Below are positions 23,640 through 37,151 of a DNA stretch of 64,000 nt, piece after piece. The stretch is from Pecten maximus. Taxonomy: Eukaryota. The stretch's first letter is position 1, and every line of letters begins with the position of its first letter. Position numbers and translations under genes: made by a program. A model generated the notes under the pieces. It did not search any database, had not been told where the DNA came from, and saw only the letters and a list, made by a program, of their open reading frames with translations. Location of the stretch: contig NC_047024.1 in NCBI RefSeq assembly GCF_902652985.1, forward strand, positions 26,474,001 through 26,538,000, in the 5' to 3' direction.

Positions 23640-24325
23640 CTAAATAAATCATACATAAATCATAATAAATATAGAAATCATAATAAATACAGAAATCATA
23701 ATAGATACAGAAATCGTAATAACTGCATAAATCATGATCAATAAATAATAAATTAAATGTTTGTTTTTGTTTGTTTTTGTTTAACGCCCAATTAACAGCC
23801 AGAGTCATTTAAGGACGTGCCAGGTTTTGGAGGTGGAGGAAAGCCGGAGTACCCGGAGAAAAACCACCGGCCTACGGTCAGTACCTGGCAACTGCCCCAC
23901 GTAGGTTTCGAACTCGCTACCTAGTGGTGGAGGTCTAGTGATAAAGTGTCGGTACACCTTAACCACTCGGCCAGGAATTTATGTATTTATCATGATTTAT
24001 GTATTCATTATGATTTATTCATTTGTTATGATTTTTTTTAATACATTAAAATATATTAATAAATCATAACAAATGAATAAATCATAATAAATAATTTAAT
24101 CATAATAACTGCATAAATCATAGTAGACGAATAAATCATAATTAATAAATAAATCATAATGAATACATAAATCACAATAAATACATAAATCATAACAAAT
24201 AGATAAATCATAATATATAAATAAATAATAACAAATGAATAAATCAAAATGAATACATCAATCATAATAGATAAATAAATCATGAAAAATAAATAAATCA
24301 TGAAAAATAAGTAAATCATAATAAT
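23640..24325. repeat. Degenerate 18-bp minisatellite (AAATCATAATAAATxxAx) interrupted by a SINE
   Basis: Periodic AAATCATAA; explains the repetitive ORFs 23626-23808 and 24056-24319. Confidence 0.75.
23760..23973 (-). mobile_element. tRNA-derived SINE (family 2)
   Basis: Reverse complement reads TGGCCGAGTGGTTAAGG (A box), GAGTTCGAAACC (B box), TTTCTCCGGGTACTCCGGC central domain, (AAAC)n tail. Confidence 0.88.
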
Positions 24326-26570
24326 GTCAATCTAATAATGTCAATTATCATAAATTTTCTGATAATAACGACATGAACACGCACGAAGGGAGGTAACAAC
24401 AACAGGAACAAACACAAAAATAACGCTAGTAGGATATATATTGGTTGTTTGTACAACTCCCTGAGAAACACCATTCAATGATGTACACCTATGTGATGTT
24501 AAAAAAAATCATGTTTTTTTTGGTCTCGTACACCTTTTTGGACAGAATGTTAATGGCATATCAGAAATGCTAGGAGAACAAAGTGTGATTTGAAGTGAAC
24601 ACTGCTGTTTGACACATCTTCTATACGTGTTGTCGAATATGCTATATGGATGCTTGTAGAACTGACAAAAACGTATTTTGTTTAAAATCACGGAAGTTCA
24701 ATTTTTTAACCAGTACATTTTACTCAGAATAACATTTTTTTGCAGATTTAACTTGTATAAGTGCTGCTATTAAACTTTTTAAAATATCTAGCAAATTAAA
24801 AGGAAACAAGTTAATCTTTCTAAAACAGCCACAAAACGGGAGGTCCCTGTGCTTCCTTTTATGTCCATTTATTAATTGTGTTATTTTTTCACCATTTCGG
24901 GTCAGAAATCAAAAGTGCTTAAATAATTTCAACATTGTTGTTTGTTATTTTCATTATATTGAACATTACAAAGTATTGCCACACACTGATGATTTGAGCT
25001 ATTAATCTATAGTATCTTTATAGTGACATCTTATGTTTTTATACATTTTAATTCATGTTGCTATCATGAATTGTAAACTGATTAACCCCGTCCTATCACG
25101 TGATAACATAAGATAAAAATTAGTCAGCATGATTAATTTGGTTTTATCGGAGTATTCAACACAATCTAAGGGAGATAATCAGATAACTAAGCATGGGGAA
25201 GAAGCTAGTTCCGTCCGTGTTCAGAAACTAACCTCAAGTCGGAATCGAACATTTTATGTTTGTTGGCCCAACTACCAAACCACCTGGGTTCCACTGGATG
25301 ATCTGGTTTTTCTCCCACATCTCTAGCATCCTTCGCGGGCCAATAAATAAATTTTACATTATTAGCACAGTCGAAGGGAGCTAATCAAATCACAAGCGAG
25401 GACAAAAAGCTAGGCTGTTTTCGTGAAGCCTTTTCATTTGGGATTGGAATCAAGCCTCAAATATTTATTGGTCGAATTTCTTCACCGGAAGAAATCTTTT
25501 CAGGTCCACAAATGTGTCAAAAACAAACAGTATATGGTAGATATTACATCCACGCAGGGTAATGAACTGGGCCCAGTTGCTCTAGGCTCAGCGGACCCAC
25601 TACCATTCACACTTATCTAGGCTAGTAAGGTGCCATTTTCTTTCTCATTTGTATATATTCAAGCGTTTTAATAACTTAAATTACTGTTCATTTAAAAATT
25701 ATATTTTCCTTATCATGCAGCTCAAATATGGCGGTAAGTCACAGATGGCATCATGATATATGTTTCAAAAAGGAGCGAAAACTGTTTTATATAGCCCATC
25801 AGGAGTAACTAGGAGTAAGGCTGGTCACACGTTAGTTTAAACTGTGTTTTATTTGTCAATTTCCATTTAACAATATATATACAACAAATAAATTATACAA
25901 AAAGAAATCAGAAACAAGTATCAAGACACTTATAAAAGGTCAAAGGCTCGCGTCCATTATATATATACATGTAATATACAGTTGTATATCATGTATTTAT
26001 ATCACAATGGACATATTTATGGAGCTCACGTGCCGTTACTAAGCAGCATCAGACCTTGTAGCTAAGCATATATAACATTTGTTTTTTTAACATGATCTAT
26101 GTTTAAACAAACATAGTGTGCTTTTATCGTTTTCTTAAAACAAATCATGTAGCTAATTGTAAGTGTATTAAATTTCCTACAATCGATGAAACATTGAGCT
26201 TCAGTAAACGTGTCTTTATAAAAACATCCGCAGAAAGCCACAAACTCAGCGAAGTGTGTCAATATTTCGTTCCAAAATGATCTTCCCTTCGAAAAGATTT
26301 TTATCGTTACATTGTAAATGTACACATAAATATGTAATGAAACATACAATATATGGTTCGCTTAACTGCTCTGGTGACAGATGAATAGAACAATCATCAA
26401 TATTGATAAATGCTGTTCTTGTCTTCTCCACATTCCGGTAACTGGTTTGACGTACACTGTACCGAACACGCTTTCAGCAGTTCCTCACTCAACAACGGAA
26501 GTTGTCGCGCGACTTCAATTTTGGAAAAACAAAGAAAAGTCCAGTTTTGAGTAATCTGTAAAGCCTACGG

Positions 26571-26616
26571 ATGGATGTTTCAGTTTTGGTTCTGATGATA
26601 TCCCAGCTACTTCAGG
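26571..26616 (+). CDS. PAN/apple-CTLD gene, exon 1 (signal peptide)
   Basis: MDVSVLVLMISQLLQ followed by a consensus phase-1 donor CAGG|GTAAGT; joins exon 2 to complete the signal peptide ...LLQEAVVS. Confidence 0.65.
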
Positions 26617-29600
26617 GTAAGTTTAAAGTTCCACTAGGAATATATATGTTTTTATACTGGGCTTTACAAAGATACAACGTATTAGAATATCATTCAACAA
26701 CACTTAGCTCACCTAAAAACATCAAATGTTCCACAATAATATGTGGTTTCGGAATTTTATAATACATTTTGTACATGTTGGCGTTTAATTATTTTCTTTC
26801 AATGATGGTTGACTTACTGGTGAGATATCCCAGATTGTGTGACTCTCTTCTTAAAACTTTATAAATATTGATTGTAATACTCCTGTCCTACAGTGGTATC
26901 TGGTTTCAGAATTTTACGCTTACGTGGGTGATACTCATAAGACAGGTTTGTCTTAATAAATAAATTCCTTCTGTTCCAGATCACGTTTATTTAGGTAATT
27001 AGTAAATATTACTCGAAAGGTATGGCGCATACTAGCCTGTTTCGACCTAACGCGAGGTGACAGATTAAAAAAAAAAAAAAAAAAAAAATGAGTATCAAAA
27101 ACTGAGCTTTTGAATACAATCTATATCATATAAATATTATTATTTGCAAAAAAATGTGTTTGTTAATTGCAATGGATATTTCATTATACGACCGCATCAT
27201 TAGGCTTTTGGCAACTTTCAAGATGGGTTTTCCCGAATTGAAGTATTTTTTTGACAAAGAGCGCATCGGAGGACCAACTTTTACAATGTCTTTTTTCGTT
27301 CTATGTTAAAAAACAGCTAAAAATCATATTCCTACAAAGGAGTAGTCCTTCAACGCGCTGTATTCGAAAACATGGGAAAAAACCCCAAAAACAACAAAAA
27401 CAAAAACCGTCGCGTAAGAAATATATTTATTCTAGCTAGACTGAGTTTAAATGATAATATAAACTTCGTTTGTCAATAAAGCTGATAAGCTCATATGGTA
27501 GAGCCACCGCTTAGCAACTGGAACTTCTTATTTCGTAAAAAGATAAAAATGTTGAGATAGAACATTTCTCTTTGATAAAACAGAAGAGTATACTAACGGA
27601 TTTACTCCGTATCGTTTAAAGTTAAATGTAAACAAACTACAGCGTCGACAAGAGATATACCTGTACATGAATGGATAGTGTAAAATTACTATATGATACG
27701 TCCATTTCACTTAATTTGTTTTCGTAATCGTTCACAACGTAGAGCGCGACGGTCTATTTTCCTACGGTTCGCTGTTCGAATTTAAAACGACAATGCTTCG
27801 TTGAAACACCTATTTACCAACAAGAAGTTATCTGTGCGCTTAGAAATAATGGTATACGGTTGGTGTAAAAAGGCTTTTACTGCTAAAAAATACATGTAAT
27901 ATGATTAAAAAAAAAAAAAAGAAGAAGAAAATTTGTGTAGCCAATGTTTGACAAGAATTCCTACTCAGATCACGCTAGCCAAGTGCGTTCAATAATATGA
28001 TACTGTTCTATCGCGGGAAAAGAGAATGCTGTATTAAACATACCTGACTTCCGAAATTGATAGAAGAGATGAGAAGGAAATGTGTGTGTGGGGAGAGAAG
28101 GACTGGCTTTGGGTTGGAATTGTTTTAGGCGCCATTAACATTTCGCATAAAGTCATTTAGGGGTCATCTAAATAGCGAATCCAGTGATATCAGTTTTAAA
28201 AGCCTTATATTGGGCCTTTCTATGATGCAATTTAACAGAAGGAACTTGATCAATTTTTAGTATGTATTCATAGGCATTGTTGTTAACAGAGTAATGGTCG
28301 AAAGTAAATCATCACGTGATTTTCACAGCATCAAATCAGATCGCCGTGGCCCATTTCGCGCTCTGCGTTGTAAACGGATTAAGAAATATTGCGTTTATGT
28401 AGTCAACCAATATCATATGAAATAAAGTAAAATTAATAAAGCATTAAAAAAGAACTGTTCACTGTAAATATCTCTGAGCATGGCACCAAGAGAAATTGTT
28501 CAACAGCTGAGATAAGATACAATGTATATATATCTGAAAAAAGACCCAAAACCCCACAATTGAATTATTTTTCTTGAAAATACCCTTCTTACTATGATCA
28601 GATTAATAGATTTGAATGCCTCCCTTAATGCCATATTTTTTGTAATATCCCATCCGTCATTTGCATTTCAAGGTCAAAACAAAATAAGTGTTTTTACGTA
28701 CTTCCGGTCAAACAAATGCCCCTATTGCGTTTTAATTCATACAAAGGAATCCTATTAGCGTGCTGTAACACTTGTGAGCAGAACAGCATGACTACGTTTT
28801 TGGTTTGCTAGCTTGTGTTACTTATAATTTGTATTCCATATATAAGAAACTGTTAGCATCGACGGCAAATTATTGATAATTTTGATAAAATACAGGCCAA
28901 CATTTTGGTTTATATTCTCCTGTATAGGTGACGACATGTAATGATCAATTAAAACCGTTATCAAATTAAATCATTAGACCAAATATTCCACTAAGTTTAC
29001 ATGTACATTGATTATTTTTCACCATTAAGATGAACCAGGTATGGAGAGGTTGTCAGGTAAAGCGTTTCCCGATCTACCGTTTGTTTTAATGTTATAGCCT
29101 CTGTGTACTTGTCACACCTTTATAATAATGAATCTTTTATAACGAAAAAACGACGATCAACTGCCGATTTGCTCGTTACAAAGGCGACAGAGCGAAGACA
29201 GGTAGATACTAGACAGGTAAAAACACAGGGACTCGACACGAAGTCCCAGACCACAGTCTCTACACATATAAAGTGTGTATGGACCGTGGATTTGGAAGTT
29301 GCGCCAGGTCCCTGTGGGTGAAACAATGTTTATCCTGGAATAATCGTTACATATTCAAACAAGCGTCAAATGTAATCTTTAATCTACCCACGGCTGCCTT
29401 GCGCGAGCTTTTGACAACGGGACCGCAATGTATTCTGGGAGGGAAATTAAAAAGTGTTTTTTTTTTCAGTACATGTAACGGTATAAATGGTATATAAAAA
29501 TCTTCTGAGAAATGTCTTACACAGTTTTTTTTAGAAACACCGAGTAACGTAATCCTGGGCCCGTATACATGAAACCGTACTCGTGCTCAAATGCAAATTT

Positions 29601-30432
29601 TGTGTTCAGACTCAAATATTTTTTATTAATATAATGTCTGAATTATTACATATCTTTTTAAAGATTTAAAGGATTTTCAGAAAGAATTAAGCTGAGATAT
29701 TATCTACAGGGTGTAGTTTTTTTAAAACTGATATTTAATTATTTAAGCCAGTTCACAGGAAGATAGGATGATATTGGTTTCATCAATACGGGTCCTGCTT
29801 ACGTAATAAATTCTTTTTTCTACCTTGAGGGAAAACAGTGAAAAAAAAAAAGTAGCACCTTGACATTTCTCTTTCCTTTCATAACTTAAGGATGACCCTT
29901 TGTTATTCTTGTTTCCCATGAACAGATGATGAGAACAATAAAATGGCAGATGTGCGTTACGCAGAGCAATGACGATATTTATTTTAGTTTTGGCAGTGCC
30001 GTATATGCAAATGTGGAACTGTGGTTGAAACACACCAAACGGAACCCAAAATAAACCGACGGTAACCTACATTAAATCTCGAACGCAGAACATGTTTCTA
30101 CAACACGTATGTAACTTCCGGTTAAGCATGCACTTATTTTCCCTACTCCGGGATAAGAAATATATTTTCGTGGTCGAATGTGTGGTCATTGTCAGTCAAC
30201 AAACCCTTTCAGCAAATTAATTACATTTTGATGTTGTAGAAATGTTGTCCAGTTAATTGAAGAATAAAAAGATATGAAAGAAAAGACATTACTTGCGTTG
30301 CAAAGAAAACTACACTTCTCCACATTAGCCATCTCAACTGGCTAACAGAAGAATACAGCAGGTGTATTCATTCACCCTCCTATCCCCCAATAGATAGCGC
30401 GGGTGTGACCAGACTGTTACGTAACTTAAATA

Positions 30433-30658
30433 GTTTGGTTTGGTTTGTTTTTGTTTAACGTCCTATTAACAGCCAGGGTCATTTAAGGACGTGTCAGGTT
30501 TTGGAGGTGGAGGAAAGCCGGAGTACCAGGAGAAAAACCACCGGCCTACGGTCAGTACCTGGCAACTGCCCCACGTGGGTTTCGAACTCGCAACCCAGAG
30601 GTGGAGGGCTAAGTGATAAAGTGTCGGTACACCTTAACCACTCGGCCACCGCGGCCCC
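30433..30658 (-). mobile_element. Full-length tRNA-derived SINE (family 2), in intron 1
   Basis: Reverse complement starts GGGGCCGCGGTGGCCGAGTGGTTAAGG; B box GAGTTCGAAACC; ends GGACGTTAAAC(AAACC)n. Confidence 0.9.
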
Positions 30659-30854
30659 AAAAACTATTTAAATAGACCGGTTACACAATCAATTCTTTTA
30701 GAGTTATCTTTACGTGAACTCCGGACGCTTCCAGGTTGCCAAGTTTTCGTCCAATGGCCGTGTCCGACATGCTCCGGGACCTCTGATTCACTCGCGCTAT
30801 TTGACATTATGGTATCTGATTTATAAAAATGTTTATTGGCTGTTTTAGTTTCAG

Positions 30855-31088
30855 AAGCCGTGGTGTCGGTAAGAGATAAACTATGGCTGGAATGTGTACA
30901 GAAAAAGGACATTGTCTTCGAGTATTCCTTATTCCACACATGGAACCTGACATTATTGGAATGCATGGGTCTTTGTTTAATGACTAAGCAATGCGTGTTT
31001 GCTAATGCTATTGCAAATACTGGAGAATGCAAAGGATACACGAATTTGACGTCATCAACACCCAGGATTGGTGCACGACTTTGGGGAG
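30855..31088 (+). CDS. PAN/apple-CTLD gene, exon 2 (4-Cys PAN/apple-like domain)
   Basis: Acceptor TTTTAGTTTCAG|; TLLECMGLCLMTKQCVFANAIANTGECKGY; donor GAG|GTAGGC; phase 1-1. Confidence 0.78.
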
Positions 31089-31296
31089 GTAGGCTTTGCC
31101 ACTTATAGTGTAAAACCTTGTCTAATTAGATAGTGTACTATGTCTTACTGACAACGCTAGGACGTTATGAAAGTCAACTTAAAACAAAGACGATATGGTT
31201 GTGATGTAGATTAAGAAAAATATCTGAAGGCTATCGTATTGATTAAGACGATATGATAGTTATCTTGATTAAGACGATATCATTGCGATTCCGATT

Positions 31297-31800
31297 CAGA
31301 CAATATGATTATTATGTCGATTCAGACAATATGATTATTATGTCGAGTAAGACAATGTGATTATTATGTCGAGTAAGACAATGTGATTATTATGTCGAGT
31401 AAGACAATGTGATTATTATGTCGAGTAAGACAATGTGATTATTATGTCGAGTAAGACAATGTGATTATTATGTCGAGTAAGACAATGTGATTATTATGTC
31501 GAGTAAGACAATGTGATTATTATGTCGAGTAAGACAATGTGATTATTATGTCGAGTAAGACAATGTGATTATTATGTCAAGTAAGACAATGTGATTATTA
31601 TGTCGAGTAAGACAATGTGATTATTATGTCGAGTAAGACAATGTGATTATTATGTCGAGTAAGACAATGTGATTATTATGTCGAGTAAGACAATGTGATT
31701 ATTATGTCGAGTAAGACAATGTGATTATTATGTCGAGTAAGACAATGTGATTATTATGTCGAGTAAGACAATGTGATTGCGATGTCGATTAAGACGATAT
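31297..31800. repeat. Minisatellite, 26-bp unit GTCGAGTAAGACAATGTGATTATTAT, ~18 copies
   Basis: Nearly identical tandem units in intron 2, no spacers. Confidence 0.97.
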
Positions 31801-32704
31801 GATCGTAATGACGATTAAGTCAATAAGATAAAGATGTCATTTAAGGAAATTTAATCATTATTATGATATCTATCTAGATTAGCAGTCCCAGTGGTAACAC
31901 TTTTGACATTATTATGGGAACACGGTGTAAAGTTTTGTAAATTTACATTTCTTTCTATTGGATTGATAGTGAAATATTACAATGTAAATTTAAATATAAA
32001 CAATGTTTTCAACAGTTGATGTTATCTTAGGTCAAACGTAATAGATTGATATAATTGAATGTGATGATACACACAGAGTATAAAAACTAAACTCATTTTT
32101 GTATTGCTAAAAGGTACAAATAATTACCGATTCAATGATTGTATAACTGTATTACATCAAACTGGTTAAAACATCTGTTTGTGACTTCGTTTACTACGTG
32201 CTAAGCATATCATCTGCAAATACTGCAATCAGGGTTAGGTCGAGATGACCCCTATTCTGATCAATAATCATCAAAAATTGGCCAATGAGAGATGCGCTTT
32301 CAAAGCGTGTTCGTTGTTGTTACATTGATGCCTGGAGTAAGTTTATCCGACAAATGGAGCAAGTGTTGGCATTGGAAAAGGCGACCCATGGTTTAACTTT
32401 TAATTTGAACAATTTCTTCACTCGTTTGTTGCGTCACCGTCAGCCTCTTGTACAACAAATGAACACCCGTACAAGCATTCGCAGTTCGTTCAACTATAGG
32501 CTCTCTAGGATATGCTGACATTTTTCTAGGCGACCGGCTGATTGGGTAATCTTAATTCAGAGTCACCTGAACGGGACCCTGCAGACAAAGCAGCGGATAT
32601 ATGCTTTTAATCAGATTTGCATTACAAGTTAGATCTTAGAGTTAACATGCACTTGTCCAATCAACACTTAGCATTTTATTACAGGGTGTACCTATTTGTT
32701 ACAG

Positions 32705-32884
32705 CTTGGTGTCCATACATCTATCTGAGTCCAGCTGGGTTATGTGTCACCTTCTCAACCGTCGAAGAACAGTGGAATGATGCTCTGAGCACTTGCGAGT
32801 TAGCAGGCAATCATCTTCTCATTCTAGATTCACAGGACAAGTTCGATACCTTTAATACCTTCATGAACAGCTATGACGATAAGA
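32705..32884 (+). CDS. PAN/apple-CTLD gene, exon 3 (CTLD N-half)
   Basis: WCPYIYLSPAGLCVTFSTVEEQWNDALSTCELAGNHLLILDS; acceptor TTTGTTACAG|, donor A|GTAGGT; phase 1-1. Confidence 0.85.
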
Positions 32885-33445
32885 GTAGGTGTTAAATTAT
32901 TGTTAATTTTTATATTATATTTCTGACTGCGATTCATTATTACCTGGCACGTGCTTAAACGACCCTGGCTGTTAATAAACGTTCAACAAAACAAACCAAA
33001 CCTGTTCGACAGGGCTTCGCTCCGCTCACAAGATACCGGTATTTGGAAACCGTGTTGATTTTTTCATTTGTTAATTTCTTTGGTTAATATTAATATCAGG
33101 AGATGTACGTATTACTGATTCAAAATGCGGAAAACCCCAATACACACGAAACAATGGAATTCAGCATCAAGAGTAAATATACCCTTTGGTCAATAAATAA
33201 AGAAGATCTAGGGTATTGCTTTTCAAGATGACTTCTGGCAAATTATGTCCATTATGCCTATATATTTACATTTGGTGTGGCAATGCCCTTATATATTACT
33301 AGTAAATCCCTACCAAAAGCAGCTTCATTTATGAGAGTATAACTGAAGTTGCCCTGTAAACAAAGATGGCCGCCATACATTGTAAAGTCACATTGACATG
33401 AGATTTTAATATTAATATTTTAGATTCATTAATAGAACGTAAATA

Positions 33446-33606
33446 TAAGCGATAAACTGCCTAGATGCGGCAGACCTACTGGTATAACTGCCACATGTGT
33501 CACAGACAAACAATCATGGTGCGTTAGCGCGCACCATTCAGTTTGTCTGTGACACATGTGGCAGTTATACCAGTAGGTCTGCCGCATCTAGGCAGTTTAT
33601 TGCTTA
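33446..33606. repeat. Near-perfect ~160-bp hairpin element in intron 3
   Basis: TAAGCGATAAACTGCC...CAGACAAAC is inverse to GTTTGTCTG...GGCAGTTTATTGCTTA, with an inner ATGGTGCG/CGCACCAT stem. Confidence 0.9.
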
Positions 33607-34230
33607 AGAAAATGATACTATTGACGTTTATTCACCGGAAGTTCCCTTCTCCCCCATGACATGACATGCGCAATAAAGATGCTCATTTACTGCAGTAGGA
33701 ATTCCTACTGAAGACGATTTCTCGCTACCGGTCTTCTGTAACGTACAAAAGGGAGGTAACTGAAGCTGTCTAGCTATTGCTACTTATAAACATCATCAGA
33801 GGATCGAACTTTCATGTTTGTCTTTATCTAGAGTTCGTCCATGTGTTTGTCGTACGAACGTCCAACCGTTGTTAATCCGTAACGCTGGCTAACAGAGCCC
33901 ACGTTTTATAACGTATTGCACAGCTAAATTCAATACCTAACTCTGCTAATGATAAAACAATGTTCATATTTTGTTCTTATTATTTATAGAACATTTTAAG
34001 ATATATTTTATATATTTGGGTTTCCTTTCGTTCCTTGTCTACATGTATGATTTTAACACTGATCAGAAAACCAAAGCTCATTTTGAATTTCTACAATGAA
34101 ATATGTATTATCGGGGGTCGGAGGTTGGGGTGTATAGCATAGTTTGTCATCCTATAGTTAAAAAGATATTTGGACCCATGTATGAACTGTAACACTGAAT
34201 AGTTTACACCAATGATCGCTTCTGTTATAG

Positions 34231-34457
34231 GGCTGTACTACTGGGTAGGCGCTACCGATGCCGGGGACAAAGACTGGAAATGGCTCAATGGCGAACCCGT
34301 AAACACGTCTTTCTTCTACTTTGCTGAAGCCGACTACGACTATGTATATGATTTCGTGGGAGTTTGGAACGTAGGCACGGGCTATGCTTTAGATGCATCC
34401 GACGGCTCGTTGACGTTTCCTGCTATCTGTGAATATGATGTCTGCGCTACCACATAA
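34231..34457 (+). CDS. PAN/apple-CTLD gene, exon 4 (CTLD C-half, stop)
   Basis: YYWVGATD...WKWLNGEP...FPAICE; acceptor TCTGTTATAG|; AATAAA at 34507. The four exons sum to 687 nt = 228 aa + stop. Confidence 0.87.
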
Positions 34458-34999
34458 CAATTTTCCTGGAACAGTTGTAGGATTGACCGAGTTTGTGGTT
34501 TTTGTCAATAAAAGAATTTGTGATAGGCTTTTGAGCGACGAACCAAATTCACAAGAAATGTTTACCATCATGGCAATCGCTTCGTTAAAACAACACTAGA
34601 AGTGATAATGGTTTCACTACATAGATTCAAAATCAGACATGTAACGAATGAATTTCTATGAACATTCACTATAAAGAGGATATTTCAGATAGAAAGCGGT
34701 GACATCATTTGGATATTTTATGAATGTATGAACGCAGTTTTTCGAATTCGTTTACAGAACAATTATGAATTTATTTTCTTCGTATATAGTTCCCTGATGT
34801 TGCGACGATCCATCAATTAAAATCAATTTGGATGTCATACCAAGCTCAAATCAATTTATCTAAGTATTTAGCTGCTACCAGATGCGATTATATACTTAAG
34901 TATATAATATAAAGCATACAGTCTCATATACTAAATGTATTTGGTACACACTTAAGATATGGTTGAAGCTTATTCCACATAAATATCAATATATATTTT

Positions 35000-35788
35000 A
35001 CAAGAGGCCCATGGGGCCTGTATCGCGCACCTGTTTTGATTAGACCAAATGTCAAAATAATGTTCATATTCAAGTTGCTTTATTTGTAAATCTCAAACAA
35101 TGCTATATATGGTTATAGTGTGGGAATCCGAACTGCTTTAAAGATTAATGAAGTCCAGACTCTCTAAGGTCTAAAAGACCTCAATAATTGTTTTTAGAAC
35201 ATGCATTCATCACTTTATGGCTAGTAGCGATTTAAAGGAATTACCTCTATTTCCCCTATTGGGCCCCGCCCCTTTGGCCCCATTGGGTCTGAGTCACTAT
35301 GCAAAATCTGTTCCCCTTCCCCCAATGATGTTTCTGACCAAATTGGGGTTCAAATCCATTCAAAACTTTATGACTAGTAGCGATTTAAAGGAATTACCTC
35401 TAGTTCCCCTATTGGCCCGCCCTTTTGGCCCATTTGGGGTCAGAGTCACCATTTATGCAAAATCTGTTCTTTCCCCAAGGATATTTCTGACCAAATTGGG
35501 TTCAAATCCATTCATAACTTTATGACTAGTAGCGATTTAAAGGAATTACCTCTATTTCCCCTATTGGGCCCCGCCCCTTTGGCCCCTTTGGGGTCAGAGC
35601 CACCATTCATGCAAAATCTGTTCCCCTTCTGCCAATGATGTTTCTGGCCAAATTTGGTCAAAATCAAATAAGAACTTTTTGACTAGTAGCGATTCGAAGC
35701 AAATGTTGACGGACGATGGACGGACGGACGGACGACGGACGCTGCGCCATGACATAAGCTCACCGGAGCTTCGGCCCAGGGGAGCTAA
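35000..35788 (-). mobile_element. Non-autonomous Helentron-derived element (HINE) with internal ~153-bp tandem repeats
   Basis: Reverse complement starts TTAGCTC...GGTGAGCT, then a (GTCC)n microsatellite, three 152-157-bp repeats, 3' CAGGTGCGCGA, GGCCCCATGGGCC hairpin and TCTTGT end. Confidence 0.85.
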
Positions 35789-37151
35789 TAACATTGTACA
35801 TAGACATCCATGATCAAGACATTTGACGCATACCATGGACGTATGAGTCCATGATATTTTATTATAAACCTCGTATATTGTGCGTGATATTCAATTTAAT
35901 AATTAAGTCATGTATGTTCATTGAACATATTTGCTTAAAAGATATCAATACATTTATGTAAATTGTGGGTACTTTCATGGCATAAGAATCGTGTATTATC
36001 ACCTTATATATTAATGTTGCTTTCTTATATCACAAATGTTGCTTTTCTTTATATCACAAATCCTGCCATTTGTTTATATCATTGTTAACAATTGTATGGA
36101 AAAGAGCGTTGTAATTTATACAACTTGCGTCTAATTCATCTTGAATGTTTTCAAATATGTTTGAACTAAAATTCGTATAAGAAATACCTCCATATTTTAT
36201 GTACGCATTTCTATGTTTCATTCAATTTGTTTATTTGAATTTTTGTATAATGCGTTTTTGCTTTGTAAAAGTATAATTTCACGATCGTTAATCGCATTGG
36301 AAATTTTAATGATTTAGTTGGAAATATACATTTATTTCTGAGGGTATTCTGCAAAACAGACGCTCGTTCCCACGTCCGCGTCAAGATCAGTTAACAGGGT
36401 TTTCCGGAATTTAATAGAATATGATGTGAAAACTGAGATGGACACGTAGTAAGGAAAGAAGCAAATCAGAAATCCAGCCTGAATGTATTGTCTAATGAAC
36501 GTTTTTTTTTTACATATAGGTTGATAAAGATAATCAATTAACTGGTTTCCAAATAATGATAATTCGAGTTACTTCCCTTGGTTAGAAGTAAACTCATTTT
36601 GCAGTTAGCTGCAAGGCTCTTTATATTCATTATATATTTTTGTATATTTTTCTGGTTTTTTATATTTTGTCCAAACAACATTAATGTATATTTGACTTTC
36701 ATTTTAGTGTTTTAAATCGCTTTGGTAAAGAAAAGAAACGTGTTTGGTATACACTTGGCTGTTTTAACTCTGGATCAACACTAATATTAATTTAATTTAA
36801 AAAAATAGTTATGCTGCAACGTAATGTTTTATTTCTAAATTATTACCATACATATATACAAGTGGGTGTTTACATTGTGATAAAATATTGACCTGATGAA
36901 TAAGTAATAACACGAGGAATTAATTATATTTTTTCAAACGTATACTGTAAATGTCGTTTGTTTTTATGATCTTGATTTTCGCGGCTTTTCTAAAGGCTTA
37001 AAGCAAAAAGTATATTTTTCATCTCCCTCTTTCACCAAAACGGGGTATATTACTTTGGGTTTTTCCTTCGTTTGTCACGCTTCGTATCCGTTCAATAACT
37101 TCAATAAGTCTTAATGGATTTTCTTCCAACTTGGTTACAAGGTATAAAACT

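Noticed and set aside
25129-25326. Chromodomain-like peptide (FYVCWPNYQTTWVPLDDL)
   Set aside because: The DNA resembles a decayed copy of SINE family 1 (ACCACCTGGGTT...GGTTTTTCTCCCACA...CGGGCCAA), so the protein similarity is probably chance.
30590-30658. tRNA gene
   Set aside because: The A and B boxes belong to a SINE head followed by a SINE body and tail; no full cloverleaf.
31297-31800. CRISPR-like appearance of short regular repeats (also 59315-60790 and 2966-3370)
   Set aside because: Units are contiguous with no unique spacers, there are no cas genes, and the context is eukaryotic.
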